The translations under genes and the position numbers were made by a program. The notes under the pieces are model-generated. The model saw only the letters and a list, made by a program, of their open reading frames with translations. It did not search any database and was not told the DNA's origin. From Callorhinchus milii (taxonomy: Eukaryota), in NCBI RefSeq assembly GCF_018977255.1, contig NW_024704743.1, positions 49,540,001 through 49,604,000 of the forward strand: DNA of 64,000 bases, in the 5' to 3' direction. How positions within the stretch are numbered: the stretch's first letter is position 1; the number at the start of each line of letters is the position of its first letter. This document shows, piece after piece, positions 12,865 to 26,066 of the stretch.

Positions 12865-13252
12865 GATCGATTTCAAGATCCTCACATTAGTTTTCAAATC
12901 CCTTCATGCGCTGGCATCTCCCTCTCTCTCCGACCTACTTACCTGCAACCCACAACCTGCTGCCTCCACTCGACTGGTTCCAGTTTCCTGCATGCCCCTC
13001 GTGCCCTCCGTTCCACTGATGGCAGTCGCGCATTCAACCACTATGCTCCAAAACTCTGGAACACTCTTCCTCTATCCCTCCGCCTTGACCCTTCCTTCCC
13101 CATCTTGAGGTCGTGCCTGAAGATCTTCCTCTTCCACCATGCCTATAGTCATCTCCCCCCTCCCCCCGGCTTGCGGTCGTGCTCCGCCATTGTTAAGCAC
13201 TCTGGGACATTTCCCTGTGCGAGAGGCACTATATAAATGCAAGTTGTTGTTT
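12865..13252 (+). mobile_element. L2-clade LINE 3' fragment
   Basis: RAFNHYAPKLWNTLP..LKIFLF; tail aaatgcaagttgttg. Confidence 0.8.
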
Positions 13253-15081
13253 TTGTATTAATCTTATTAGATTATGTATCCTTTGAAAACACTGAACTTT
13301 TACTGTTTTTATGTCATTCTAAGAAAATATATTATGAGGGACGCTTCAAAGTATTTTACAATAGACCGCCATTGAAATCTCCAGCAACCTTGTTAAACAA
13401 CAGCAACAAATTATATTTGTATAGCGTCTTTCACGTTTCTCATACCAATTTTTGACACCAGATTTAAACTCAGTGGAAGTGCAGGGAGGAAAAAAGCTGG
13501 AAGGTTGCCATAATTGAGAGTTTAGGAGGGGTTACAGAGGAAAGCTGAAAGGAACATCAATCATCACAGTATCATTAAAAAAAGTGAAACTAATTGGGGG
13601 AAGTGGATGTGTGGGTAGAGAGTGAGGAAGATAGAGAGAGATTGGATGCCAGAGGTGAGAGACGGATCACCGTTGACATGACAAAATATTATTGTATTTA
13701 GGCGTTCAAGTGAGCTGCTGAAAGATCTTTCCCAAGATGATAAATAACCAACAGGACGTTGCATTAGTGCATTATTGAGGTGCTTTCTCATGTGAATGAT
13801 GACCTGTTATGGTCTTTGTATAAGTGAAAGCAGCTCTGTAATACAATTCTGTATACTCAATGGCTTGTGTGTATCGCAGCATAGTTCCTCTTTTCATGAT
13901 TTTGGAGTACAGATATGCCATTTTATCTCTGTTAAGTGACATTAAACTGGTCAGTAATTTATGTTATTTCAAAAGTTAATTTAATCCATTTCTAGGGAAT
14001 TGAACATCTTGCTGACACTGGCAAAATTATATCATAACAAGGATTGAAGGTAGTGAATAGAGTAGATATACTGTTTAGATGTTACTGATTTTTGTTTTCT
14101 TCACAAATATTTGGCAGTACCTGCACATTGTGGTATATTTACACTGGAAATGAATGTCTCAATGAGTGAAAGTGGAAATGAGCTGCTATCTGAATGGGAC
14201 TGAGTCAGGGCACTCATCATTGGCTTCTGGGAATCTGGGTTTTGAGCTGATTGAGGGAAACTGCTATTAAATTCTTGTGTGAAATTGCATGCCAGCAAGC
14301 CTCATCCCACAGGTTTTGTCTAGTCAGGGTTAAGTCCTATCCAAAGCTTGTTTACATTGGTGAGCCAGTGCCAGTAGAGAACAGAGTTGTTGCCAGCATT
14401 TAGCTCAGGAAAGAACAAGATAGCAAGGTCAAATTGACATTGCAGAGGAGAACAGCAAGGATCATCCTCACTGTTGGAGGAATGAGCTATAAGCAATGAT
14501 TTGACATGCTAGGATCTTCAGGTCTTGAAAGGAGATGGATAGCTCAGTGGGAATCTGAGAGAGGTATACAAGATTTTAAATGAGATTGTCACAAACTCAA
14601 TTCCCTGAGCGTGGACGAATTCCACCCACTGTTGCTCAGCTCTGGTACCTGTGTGGCCGATATTAACCTGACAGAATAGAATACTTTCTCATAGAGAAGT
14701 CACAGTTCCAGTCTAATTCGAAGGCTGTTGTAATTATGAAGACTGAATCGGTTGGCTGGTTTTCTAATGAATTTTAATTAACAGAGTCCACAGATATTCA
14801 CAGAGATGGTAGATTTTACTGTACATCGTTGATACAAGTGCTTGAAAGAAAGAGAATGACCATTACATTTAGAAGTGGTATTTCGACTCAGTGCCCACTG
14901 CTGTGCTTCGAAAGGTCCGAGTCTCTCCCAATTCCTAGAGCAGACTTCTTCCAGTCTCCCTTCTTCTTTCTACGTCTGCTCATGCTCCTATCTTTACAGA
15001 GCTCTCTCCTCTCCATGACTCCGCCTCGCCCCCATACTAAGAAGTGTGAAAACACTCTTGACACAACAAAGACAGGACATT

Positions 15082-15200
15082 AGGCAAAATACTGCAGATG
15101 CTGGAAATCTGAAATAAACACAGAAGTCGCTGAGAACTCCCAGCAGGTCAGGAAGCATCTATGGAGAGAGGAAAATGGGCTAAAGCAATCAACACCAATG
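15082..15200. repeat. Short chondrichthyan-type repeat (Penelope-like terminus)
   Basis: aaatactgcagatgctggaaatctgaaataaa...cagcaggtcagg..gcatct.tggagagag recalled as a common shark repeat. Confidence 0.5.
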
Positions 15201-15914
15201 GGCCCGGAGCCATTCACTGCAGTTTTAGTTGGGAGATGTCAATGGTTGTTTCTCTGATCTTTCTTTGATCAAGCAGGTGTTTCATCTGTGAAGATGCTTG
15301 ATCAAAGTGGTTAATGGTGTTTGCTGGGCCATTGAAAGCAGTGTCGCAATCACCTATTAAAAACCTAACAATGACTATTGACACCCCCATGCTAATTGAT
15401 CTCACGGTTGACCAGCTCAGCAGGGAGTGAAGACAAAAACTCAATAGTGATCCTATTGGTGAGATTATGAAGAATTTGAAAGAAATTGAAAATCTGATGT
15501 GTTTCATTCATTAATATTGGAAGGGAAATTGCAGGTTGTGAAGTGATAATCATCATGTTGTGGGACATTCTGTTCTCGGAGATGTCTCAGAAGATGACTG
15601 CTGTGGGTGCACATCTCCTTGCCCCCCTCCCCCCACTACCATCCTAGGAATTTGTTCAAAAGATTTGCATCCAAACCACTGGCTGCAGTTGCTGAGTTGG
15701 CCAGCAATGGTTTTGAACGTGATGCTAAGTGAATCCGAGCATTTCAGTCTCAGTTTGAGGAATACTAGCTCATGTGGTGTACAGTATATCACATGCTACA
15801 TTTTTCCACTACATTACACCTTTTTATGTCAAAGCTGAGTGCAAACATTGGAAGTGATCCACAGTTGGTGAATATTATGGGTAAATTGATAGTTGTTTTA
15901 CTGTGTTTCTTTAG

Positions 15915-16078
15915 TGCACTTAGGCCTCCTGGGAGCAGGGACGAATCCTAACACAGGACGAACAAAGAAACCAAAGATATTTGTGACTGAGGGGAAGGAT
16001 GTCCCACTTACTGGTGTGTGCGTCTTTTTCCTGAGAGCCAGTACCTCCAAAGCAATCACTGTAGAGAATGTTCATAAG
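15915..16078 (+). CDS. DNAH5: DNAH5 exon 4 (..KKPKIFVTEGKDVPLTGVCVFFL..)
   Basis: ctttag|...|gtaatt; 164 nt. Confidence 0.92.
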
Positions 16079-16964
16079 GTAATTGAATTGAGCCTGAGCA
16101 CTTCTCCTGATCCCCTGGAGGGAATGGTTTTCAGAGCAGTTTGGTTTGCTGCCCTGTGTTATAAACACCACATGTGTCAATCAGATTAGTTTCCACTCCT
16201 CAGGACCCCTTGAAAGTCCTTGGATGGTCAAATGGATGGTCTAATGAATGGTCCAAAGGATGGCCACGAACTTTCAGGGACTTTTTTAAAACTGTTTTAA
16301 AGTGCTCCATTGTAGTAGTGGTTCATTAATGACATTAGAAAACTGGCATCCAATTTTTAAGTTCTGTTTATGTTATACTATTTAGTTTTCCAGTCTTTGA
16401 ATGAAATACTCAAATTATTCCCTTCACTATTTTCTCTCCTCTAATGCTGTCCTGTATGTGTTTGCTGCCTTTTCCCCATCTAGACTTCACCAGGGTACAG
16501 TTCCATTGTTTTACAATACTTTGCTCAAAAGGGCTCTTTTCACATGTTAATTAGCTTTAAAAGTGATTGTTGGCACACAGTTTGGCTGCTCCTGTAATGC
16601 AAAGGAGAAATCACAGCCATGATTAATCCTCGTCTCACTTACACACACCTTCCAATAGGGGTCACTGGATAGTGGTCAGTCTCTGAGGTCACTGTTTCAG
16701 TGGCTGCCCTAAATGAGCCCAGACCAGAACTTGAACCTGCAATCTTACAGAGGAGATCACAAATATTTACCTTTCAGTAGGTTTTCAATGTGCAAATGTT
16801 CTTTAGTTATTGACTTTTCACATCCATTTATCATCTTATAACATTTTTTGCAACACCTGAATTTCATGGATGTATGTGAGATAATGTACGTGATGGCAAT
16901 GCTTTGTAGTTTAAAGGAATATAGTAAATAAAGATACCAGCTAAATTCCTCTATTTTTTCATAG

Positions 16965-17183
16965 GATATAAATTTCAATATTCTTGACACTTCTGATGTT
17001 GGGCTGCTGAAAGCTGTGGAACATCTTCTCTCAGAAGTATTTGTACCTGCTTTAAAGAGAATGAACCATGGTTGGGGTGAGCTGAACAGTGCTCAGACCA
17101 GCACCGTACGCCAAGACTTTCTGAGCTCATTGGATGGCTTTGTCAGCATTCTGGCTGGTGCTCAAGAAAGTTTGATGGAAAAA
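16965..17183 (+). CDS. DNAH5: DNAH5 exon 5 (DINFNILD...AQESLMEK)
   Basis: tcatag|...|gtaagt; 219 nt. Confidence 0.93.
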
Positions 17184-17235
17184 GTAAGTGACTGCATCAG
17201 TTTGAAGTATCGCCTAATGGTGTGTAGGCAATACG

Positions 17236-17620
17236 GGCCTTCTGCCACTCTGACCCACCCTCTGGAACTCCATCTCGCAGTCTCTCCAACTCACCCCTTC
17301 CCTTGCCTCCTTCAAAACTCGTCTTAAGACCCTCCTCTTCGACTGTGCCTTCGACCATGCTCCTCCCCCTCCTGCCCTCCACCCTCCCCAATCCCAAACC
17401 CAGCTTGGGTCCGAAACTGATTGTCGGGCGCCTTGGGACGTCCTCCCGATATGAAAGGCGCTTGGATTACAAATCCTGTAATACATGTGTGCATCCTTGG
17501 ATAGTGATCCTGTCAGTGCTTGAGATGTGGAGGCGCTGACGGGAGCCAATCAGGAGAGCCTCGGTCATGTTGACGTTCAACTGTAGAAAGCTAGCTCTCA
17601 TCCAGGACTTGATGTCTGAT
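17236..17620. mobile_element. L2 fragments: 3' end (+) followed by inverted RT fragment (-)
   Basis: Similarity to the L2 copies at 5316-6400. Confidence 0.75.
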
Positions 17621-18310
17621 TGCATAGAAATGTTGGTGTACATATGAAAATATAGAATATTGCAGCAGGTTAGTAAAGCATAATCTGAATTAAACCAAAA
17701 TTGTGAATATTTTTAACAATGTTTAACAAACTCAAGATTTGTTTTAGATCATATACATTTTAATCTCTAGCTGTAAAAAAACTTTCAGTATTCACACCAA
17801 CCAAATCAATGCATCATAATTTTTATTGTGTTCAGAGAGTCTGGAGAGAACATTTTGGAAGACAGCAATCTGTGTGATTGTTGGACAAAAACCTTTAAAT
17901 TTTCCTACCTCTACTCCCCAAGCCATACACTTCTGACAGACAGTCTAAGACCTCAGTTAATATCTCCTCCAAAAGATGATGCCTCTACTCAGCCAGAACT
18001 GCTAGAGAGTGTTCATACTGAGTTCAAGTGCCATTGTGGACTTGAAACCACAAATGAATGAATGAATCAAAATGACTTTAAGATGCTGAGTACATCTTCC
18101 CAATACCAATGATACTGAAGCAGCTTGTATCTTTTTTTTCAGATTGCAACAGATATTGTCAGTAGGTTTAGCTAAAATCAAATCAAAAAAGACATTGATC
18201 CTGTTTGCGACTTTTGAATTAATTTGTAAATTTCAACCAAGTCATTTCTTATTATTTGCTGTTTTTTTTTTGTATGTCATTGAACAAGTTGATATTTTGT
18301 TAAATTGTAG

Positions 18311-18448
18311 GTAACCTTGAAACCATGTGAGACTTATGACTTGAAGATCCTGAAAGGCCCTCCAGATTACATGTCAATAGCTAATAGCACTGAGGCCTTG
18401 GAGAAGATTGAAGCGTGCATGAAAGTGTGGAACAGACAGATCGAGCAG
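18311..18448 (+). CDS. DNAH5: DNAH5 exon 6 (VTLKPCE...VWNRQIEQ)
   Basis: ttgtag|...|gtaggg; 138 nt. Confidence 0.93.
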
Positions 18449-18869
18449 GTAGGGATACATGTGTGGATAAGCGTGGTGATGTGTCAGATATGCCTTGTAT
18501 CCAAAAAAAAGAGACAAATTAAGGCGATTATTTAAATATGGAGGACATAGAGATTTTTTTACCAAAGTAGGTAATTATCCATTTCTAAAGTACCACAGGC
18601 TGAATGTAATTTATGGACTGAGATCTTGAGCTTACTTTTTTCCAACTGCTTATTGTGAAATTTCGAGATGTGCAATAACAATGAAGAGACACTCAAAGAG
18701 TACTAGACATTAGGAGAAATTCCAGTGTATGTCGGAACTTTACAATTCTACATATCGCACCACACAGCAGTGCACCTCTGCTGAGGGGAAGCTGGAGTTT
18801 TCCTATTAGTCAGTGTTAGAACCGTGTGAGAGGCTAGGCTGGGGGAGGGGACAAAATACAGCAACAGTA

Positions 18870-19130
18870 ATCCCATCATACCCATCCTCACCCAGCTCCA
18901 CTGGCTCCCCATCCCTCTGGAACTCCATCCCACATTCCCTTCGCCTCGCTCCTTCCCTTGCCTCCTTCAAGGCATGTCTCAAGACCCTCATCTTCGACCG
19001 TGACTTCAGCCATCCTCCTCTCTGTTCTACCTAATCCCCACCCCCCGCTCAGGTCCTAATCCCTGACTGTTCGGCACCTTGGGATGTCATCCCAATGTAA
19101 AAGGCGCTTTACAAATGTAATTTTGTATTG
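18870..19130 (+). mobile_element. L2 3' fragment
   Basis: LWNSIP..LKTLIFD; L2 tail. Confidence 0.8.
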
Positions 19131-19579
19131 TATATGTTGTTACCAGATTACTGCTGCTAGTCTGTTAACTAGCTGCCAGAAGAGTGTAATGCTTGTGGTG
19201 CATGGAAAAATCTTCATTCAATTTTAATTTCTCTTTACTAGTGGTGTCTCCTGTCTATTCTTTCCTGCAGAGCACAATGGAGATTGGAACTCAGTAGAGT
19301 GAATGCATTGAATCAAAGTCTCAGTACTCTGTAGATGTTCAAAAAATAAATCCCCAGAAGTGTACCCCTAGAGACAGTTTTCAGTTAAAAAGAAATTCTG
19401 ATGTTTCTTGACAGATTCAATGTGATAAATAGCTGTCAAGAATCGTTGCAATTTTCACCCCAGTATTTTTAAAATAGCCGTCACTTTCCTGCAATCTTTA
19501 AAATGCTCAACCAGTTTAATATTAAGAATATTGAAGAATATTTTTTAGCGTTCTCTTCAGAATTGCCTTGTAATGCTAG

Positions 19580-19756
19580 GTTCTTGCCGAAAGCGACCAG
19601 TTACGCAAGGAAGCCGATGATCTTGGTCCCCGCGCGGAGTTGGATCACTGGAAGAAACGGATGTCAAGGTTCAATTATCTGCTAGATCAACTAAAGGCAC
19701 AGGATGTGAAGGCGGTGCTCGGTGTGCTTACAGCTGCAAAATCCAAACTTCTTAAG
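19580..19756 (+). CDS. DNAH5: DNAH5 exon 7 ([25 protein letters not shown]...SKLLK)
   Basis: tgctag|...|gtatat; 177 nt. Confidence 0.94.
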
Positions 19757-19974
19757 GTATATTTCTTAGTATTGAACTTGCTCAATAAACAATACCACAA
19801 ATCAAAGATTTGTTTACATTGTGAATTGAAATGCTATCCTTTCACTCCTGGGACCTGAGAGAATCTGCAACAACAACTTGCATTTATATCGGACCCTTCA
19901 CGCACAATAACATCTCGGAGTGCCGTGTCTAATCCAGGCTGATGAAATTAAGATTTCCACTCTCTCATTGCTAC

Positions 19975-20415
19975 AAAGTGTCGACCTGACTCAGTTGACA
20001 GCAGTGTTGCCTCTGAGTTGGAAGGTTGTGGGTTCAAGCCCAACATCAGTACTTTGAGCTCAAAGTCTAGGTTGACACTCCAGTAAAGTGCTGGAGGAGC
20101 ACTGTATTTACAAAGGAGCCATCCTTCAGATGAGAAATTAAACTGAGCTCCCATCTGCCTATTCAGGAAATTGTTAAAAATCCCATGGCATTATTTGAAA
20201 AGAGAATGGACTGAGTGAACTGGCCAAGATATATTTCAGTAGAGTGAATGATAAAATTGGTCATTCACTTCACTTCATGACTGTTTACATATCACTATGT
20301 ACAAATTGGTTGCTGTGTACGGCTACAAAAATATACAGTTTACTTTACAGTAAACGCTGTGAAGCACTTTGAGATGTTTCTATGATGTCATGGTGCTATA
20401 TCAAATGCAAGGATT
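19975..20415 (+). mobile_element. Older DeuSINE-like SINE (similar copies at about 2440-2990, 26090-26390 minus, 37625-37940, 55400-55770 minus, 63668-64000)
   Basis: Degenerate tRNA head, ccatctgcctattcagg...cccatggc, core caaattgg.tgc, L2-like tail. Confidence 0.75.
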
Positions 20416-20775
20416 ATTTCAATTAGTTTCCACTGGCCATTTATGGCAAACCTTCCATAGTCTAATAATCCTTCACCTGAAAATGTTTCTATAGACTTTG
20501 ATAGAGGGTCTTGAGATGTGCCTTGGAGGAGGCAAGGAAGGGAGAAAGGTGAAGGAATCTGGAATGGAGTTCCAAAGGGTGAGGGCGGAGAGGCTGAAGG
20601 CCCGACCGTCGATGGTGGGGCGGGCCATGCGGGGGAATGCTTGGAGATATCTTCCTGACATGCGAGTTGTTATATCAAATGGAAGGTTTATTATTATTAT
20701 TGCAGAATTTACTGTAGCACGAATATTGTTTCCTATTTGATTTACTTGCTTCTTTATTGTTTGCTTTGATTGTAG

Positions 20776-20889
20776 ACTTGGCGAGAGCTGGATATCCGCA
20801 TTACTGAGGCAGCCAATGAGGCTAAAGACAATGTAAAGTATCTATACGCATTAGAGAAATTCTGTGATCCCCTGTACAACAGTGATCCG
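20776..20889 (+). CDS. DNAH5: DNAH5 exon 8 ([23 protein letters not shown]...SDP)
   Basis: ttgtag|...|gtaagt; 114 nt. Confidence 0.94.
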
Positions 20890-22204
20890 GTAAGTAGCTA
20901 GAATCTGCTTGTCTGGTACCCCTGTTTATAATAGAGAGAGTTTTTTAAAACTCTTTATATATCTCTCCATTTCCCATAAAATTATAGCTGATCTTCATCA
21001 TAGGGTGAACTATCTGGGTAGCGGATCTGTTGTTGATTGACTGTCAGGCTGGGTGCCAGGCTTGTGGGGCAATTCTACCAAATCCTAAGCCTATCAAATG
21101 ATTTTCCCTTAAAATGTAAGATTGCCTAGATTTGTGAAAATTCTTAACTGGGAAGCTTTTTATTTACCGAACTATGACAAACTGGCTTCCAAACGAGACT
21201 GAATTAAATTCCCCCCAAAATTCTGTACGATCTTGAATTTTAAGTCAGAAAGGTCTTTCAGACAAAGACAGGGTGGAATTGTGGGGCAGTTGATATCAGG
21301 TTTATAATTGCTGAGAAGAAATATTTGTTTGATGCTTCAAGTTGCTTGTACCCCACTCCTTTGTCCACCCTCTTTGCTCAGCTACCACATGCCTACTGCA
21401 TGATCCCTGACCCTTCGCGCCACTGTCAGTGGCTGTGCCTTTAGCACTCTGCCCCTAATCTCTGGAGCTCCCTCTCTTTGAAACCTACCTGCAGATCTAC
21501 GTCTTTGACCCCGACTATGGTCTCCTGGCCTTTCTTGGCATCCAAACCTGCTACCCATCTTGAATGAAGGGCGCTATATGAATGAAAGCTGTTATTGTCA
21601 CATGGCAGCGAGTTTTGAACCAATCTAGTTCACAGTGACTGATGTGCTTGTTTGACTCTTCAGTGATTATGGAATCAAAGATTTCAGCACATTATACTGA
21701 AGGCTTTTCAATTCAATGTTAGCACATTCAGCTGAAGGCTGTGCAATGTTAGCTCCACACAAGAGCTTCTAGTCTGAATTCTGTTTCTATGCTCGTTCAC
21801 AATTTCCGTTTTATATCTTAAATTTTCCTTTGAAACATTTGAAGTATGAAGGAAAAATTTTGCAAGTTCTTTTTGGTTAATGGGAATGTAAAGGGTTGAA
21901 AGAAACTACATTTGTGCAACTTCTTGCCATCCTACGTAGCTTTAATTTTTAAACTTGTATTAACACTTGTACATGTTAAAGTTCAAAATAAGTTGGTGCC
22001 ATAATAGATATGCTTAAAATTTTCAATCAAATGACAGAATTAACTTGCTTTCAGTAGCTGCATGTCCTAATACTTTGTATAAACATATTTAAACTTCCTC
22101 CCTCTTTGTCCTTCTTGTAATTCACAACCAACAGGAATTATCTTTCCCTGTTTAAGGTCTCAAACCCTTCATAATTATATAAATATATATAATCCAGGTA
22201 TATT

Positions 22205-23115
22205 ATATCATTATATAAATGACCTGGACTTGGGTATAGTGAGTATAATTTCCAAATTTGCAGATGATACTAAGCTAGGAAAAGTAGTAAATAGTGAGGA
22301 GGATAGTAGCAGACTGCAAAGAGACATAAACAGACTGGTAAAATGGGCAGACACGCGGCAGATGAAGTTTAATGTGGAGAAATGCAAAGTGATGCATTTT
22401 GGGAGCAAGAGTGAGGAGACACAAATATAAGCTGATGGTATAATCTTAAAGGGGGTGAAGGAACAGAGAGACCTGGGCGTTCACATTAGTAAATCTTTGA
22501 AGTAGCAGGACAGGTAGATAAAGCTGTTAAAAAAGCATATGGGAAACTAGGCTTTATAAATAGGGGCATAGAATACAAAAGGCAGGAAGTTATGATGAAC
22601 CTTTATAGGCCTCAGCTTGAGTAGTGCTTTCAGTTCTGGGTACCACACTTTAGGAAGGATGTCAAGGCATTGGAGAGGGCGCAAAAAGATTTACTAGGAT
22701 GGTACCAGGAGAGGCTGGAGAAGCTTGGATTATTCTCCTTGGAGCAGAGAAGGTTAAGGAGACTTAATAGAAGTTTTCAAAATTATGAGGGGATTCGATA
22801 GGCTGAATAAGGAGAAACTATTTCCACTGGTGGGTGGGTTGGTAACCCGAGGACACCGATTTAAAATAAACAGTGGGGAGGTGAGGAGAATTTTTTTACA
22901 TAGCGAGTTGTTCGGATCTGGAATGCATTGCCTGAAAATGGTGGAAGCCGATTCAATAACAACTTTTAAGAGAGAAGTAGATGATTATTTGGGGAGGACA
23001 AGTTTGCGAGGCTATGGGGAGAGAGTGGGGGAGTGGGATTGATTTGGATAGCTCTTTTCAAAGAGCCGGCACAGACACGATGGGCCGAATGGCCTCCTTC
23101 TGTGCGGTATAATTC
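22205..23115 (+). mobile_element. CR1 LINE 3' ~900 bp (RT C-terminal part and 3'UTR)
   Basis: INDL..ISKFADDTKLG..LQRDI..W..QMKFNVEKCKVMHFG; 3' gggccgaatggcctccttctgtg. Confidence 0.92.
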
Positions 23116-23515
23116 AATATTGTATGAATTTTAAAGACTTTGTTCCCCTCTTATTCTGTGCTCCAGTGAATGCAATCCTATTTTAAATGCATACGCTTTA
23201 ACAATACAACCAAACTGCTTAAAATCACAGGCTGCTTTCAATATATTTGTTGTTATTTTTATCAGTCCTGAACTTGAATTGCAGCTGATTAATGAGCTTT
23301 GATATGGTAGCTAAGTACTCATCTAACCTGCCTTTCTATCTCACCATCAATAACCATTTACTGATATGAAAGGCTAGGTTCTTATGAGTATATTTAGCTT
23401 TGTGTTAGTCCTTTAATTTATGCATTATGTTATGATTTGTAAACTTTATTATATCACATCAAACAAGTGATATAAAGAACATTTAAATGGACTTTTATAT
23501 TATTGTGCAATGCAG

Positions 23516-23623
23516 GTTTCGATGGTGGAAGCCATCCCAGGGTTAATCAATGCAATTCGAATGATTCACAGCATTTCCCGTTACTACAATACGTCTGAGA
23601 AGATTACCTCCTTATTTGTGAAG
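23516..23623 (+). CDS. DNAH5: DNAH5 exon 9 ([36 protein letters not shown])
   Basis: atgcag|...|gtaagg; 108 nt. Confidence 0.94.
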
Positions 23624-24640
23624 GTAAGGGGCTGATTCATCTTACATGTTATTTATACCTATTTGAAGTTAATTGCTCTGTCTTTCTTCAGTAGTATTAG
23701 GGGAAGAATGTAGGAGAAATAATGCTACATTCTCAGAATCGATTCCATGCAGTTTCCAGACCAAATCAATGTTAAAGTGTATTTGGAAATAGTTTCAAGG
23801 AGGTGCTCTCGGAATGGAAGCTTTGCCCATTGGCAGTTTTGCTGCAGTTAATTGCAAAAATTTTTAGAATAAAATCTGTAGCTTATAAGCTCTTGTCTTT
23901 TCCCTGTTATTGAAGAAGTGGTTGCACTTAATGACTCTTTAATGCAAAACAATGAATCGACATTCAGTATTGGTTTGTCAGCTCTGTGCAAGTGCAGTGC
24001 TTTCCTCAGTCTCTGGCAATCTGAGGAAATATTTCCTATATAGTATTTCCCACTATTCTCTCTTTTGCTACAATTGAGACCTATTGGATAGAGAGACCTG
24101 AAGCAATCCTTTCACATATATCAAGGGCACATAAATTGTGAAGGGCAATTTAGGACATACACCAGAAAATATTTCTCTAGACAAATGCAAATCAGTGGCT
24201 AAAGTAGGTTAAGAAGAATTAACTTGGATTTTTATAGGTTACCAGGAAGGGTGATAGAAGCCAGGTGTTTGGATACATTTAACAAAAGACTTAGTTCTGT
24301 AATGGGAAGATGCTTGGGATGGTCTTCTAGAAAGATGTGACCTTTGTGATGCCAAATTGTTCCAGCCGTGTAAAAGAAGTATAAACTAACATGTAGTACA
24401 GTGATATAATATGTTATTAATGGTGAATCTAAGCTGTAATCCACCATCTCTCCTGGGCTCAGCATCAAGCTCTGCCACTGTTAAGCACTCCAAGACCCTA
24501 CCCGATGTGAAGTGGTTTAAAAGTTATTGTCTGAAATAAATGTAAAGGAATGATTGCATCTTGTCAAGTGAAAGTGAATCCTTTCGAGTCAAGTTATGTC
24601 GATGCTTTGAAAAATTTGATCCAGTTGTTCTGCGTTACAG

Positions 24641-24763
24641 GTAACGAATCAGATGATAACTGCTAGTAAAGCGTACATAACAAATAATGGGACCAGCACA
24701 ATTTGGGATCAACCTCAGGAAGTGATGGTGAAGAAGCTGAAGGCTGCTATCCGATTAAACCAG
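24641..24763 (+). CDS. DNAH5: DNAH5 exon 10 ([17 protein letters not shown]...IRLNQ)
   Basis: ttacag|...|gtacct; 123 nt. Confidence 0.94.
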
Positions 24764-25085
24764 GTACCTGCACTGCTCTAAAATACATTCAACCTTTTGT
24801 AACAAATAGAAACTGGTTCATGTACTACCTTCTTACTCTGGATCCTGATTTTGAAACCAGCCCAGGGACCAAAATTCCATCAGTTATACCCGAGGAATTA
24901 ATGGTAGAATTTTACGAGTTCAGCAGCACGTCTCTTTTTATAATATAAGAAATTATGTGGGCTTTTTTTTTGCAAAACATGGTGTTGCTATCAAAATTTT
25001 AATCAATTTTGTTTAATGGGTACTTGCATCTCACCAATTCTTTAGTCTGCAAGAACAACAAAATTGCACTTGTATAGTGCCTGTG

Positions 25086-25399
25086 GAGTCCTGTAGCTCA
25101 GTGGTTAGAGCACTCGCCTCGCAAGCGAGAGACCTGGATTTGATTCCCAGCAGGATGAAACCTTGGGCAAGATTCCTTACTCCACACTCCTGATAATAAT
25201 CCCTGAAGAAAAAAAAACAATTATAAATTGGTCACTTCAATCCATGACTGTTTGGGGGACACTGCTGTGTGCAATTGGCTGCTGTATTTCACCCACAAAT
25301 ATACGGTCAATTAACTTCTCAGTATATTCTGTAAAGCACTTTGAGATGTCTAGAAGACGTGAAAAGCGCTATATCAAATGCAAGGATTATTATTATTAT
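25086..25399 (+). mobile_element. tRNA(Ala)-headed DeuSINE-like SINE, short form
   Basis: tRNA-like head, core tgtttg.gggacactgctgtgtgcaattggctg, L2-like tail, (ATT)n. Confidence 0.88.
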
Positions 25400-25747
25400 G
25401 TCAATTCCTATCCCTTTTGTCAGTGTTAAAGTGAACATAGTTTTACGGTTTTTAAATATTACAGATATTCTGGAAGTTCTTTTCACAAGGACAAAGATGT
25501 TGTTTTTCAAAGAAATTACAATTCATGTCCCTGTAAATATATAATTTGTATTTTGAACGCAGTCACAAATATATATCTCTTCAAGGCCAAAGTTGCAGGT
25601 GCTGACCACAATTCAATCTTTAATAACAAAATAATCTTTGCGTATCCGTTGATGTCATCTTATCAGTTTGTGAAAATGTCTGAAAGAACATTACAGCATT
25701 TACTGTTGAATGTAGAATTGAGTATAGTAGACATTGTCCAAGACATT

Positions 25748-26066
25748 GGAGTCCTGTAGCTCAGTGATTAGAGCACTCGCCTCGCAAGCGAGAGACCTGG
25801 GTTCGATTCCCGGCAGGGTGAAAGCTTGGGCAAGTTTCCTTACTCCACACGCCTGATAATAATCCCTGAAGAAAAAAAAGCAATAATAAATTGGTCACTT
25901 CAATGCATGACTGTTTGTGGGACACTGCTGTGTGCAATTGGCTGGTACCTTTCGCCCACAAATATACAGTCAATTCACTTTAGAGTATATTCTGTGAAGC
26001 GCTTTGAGACGTCTAGAAGATGTGAAAAGCGCTATATCAAATGCAACAATTATTATTATTGTTATT
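25748..26066 (+). mobile_element. tRNA(Ala)-headed DeuSINE-like SINE, short form
   Basis: Intact A/B boxes (tagctcagtga, gttcgattcc), same body and tail. Confidence 0.9.

Noticed and set aside
25748..25820. Cloverleaf-like tRNA-Ala(CGC) sequence (also 25086, 47670-47746 minus, 49669)
   Set aside because: Runs directly into a SINE body and LINE-like tail in several copies; it is a SINE head, not a tRNA gene
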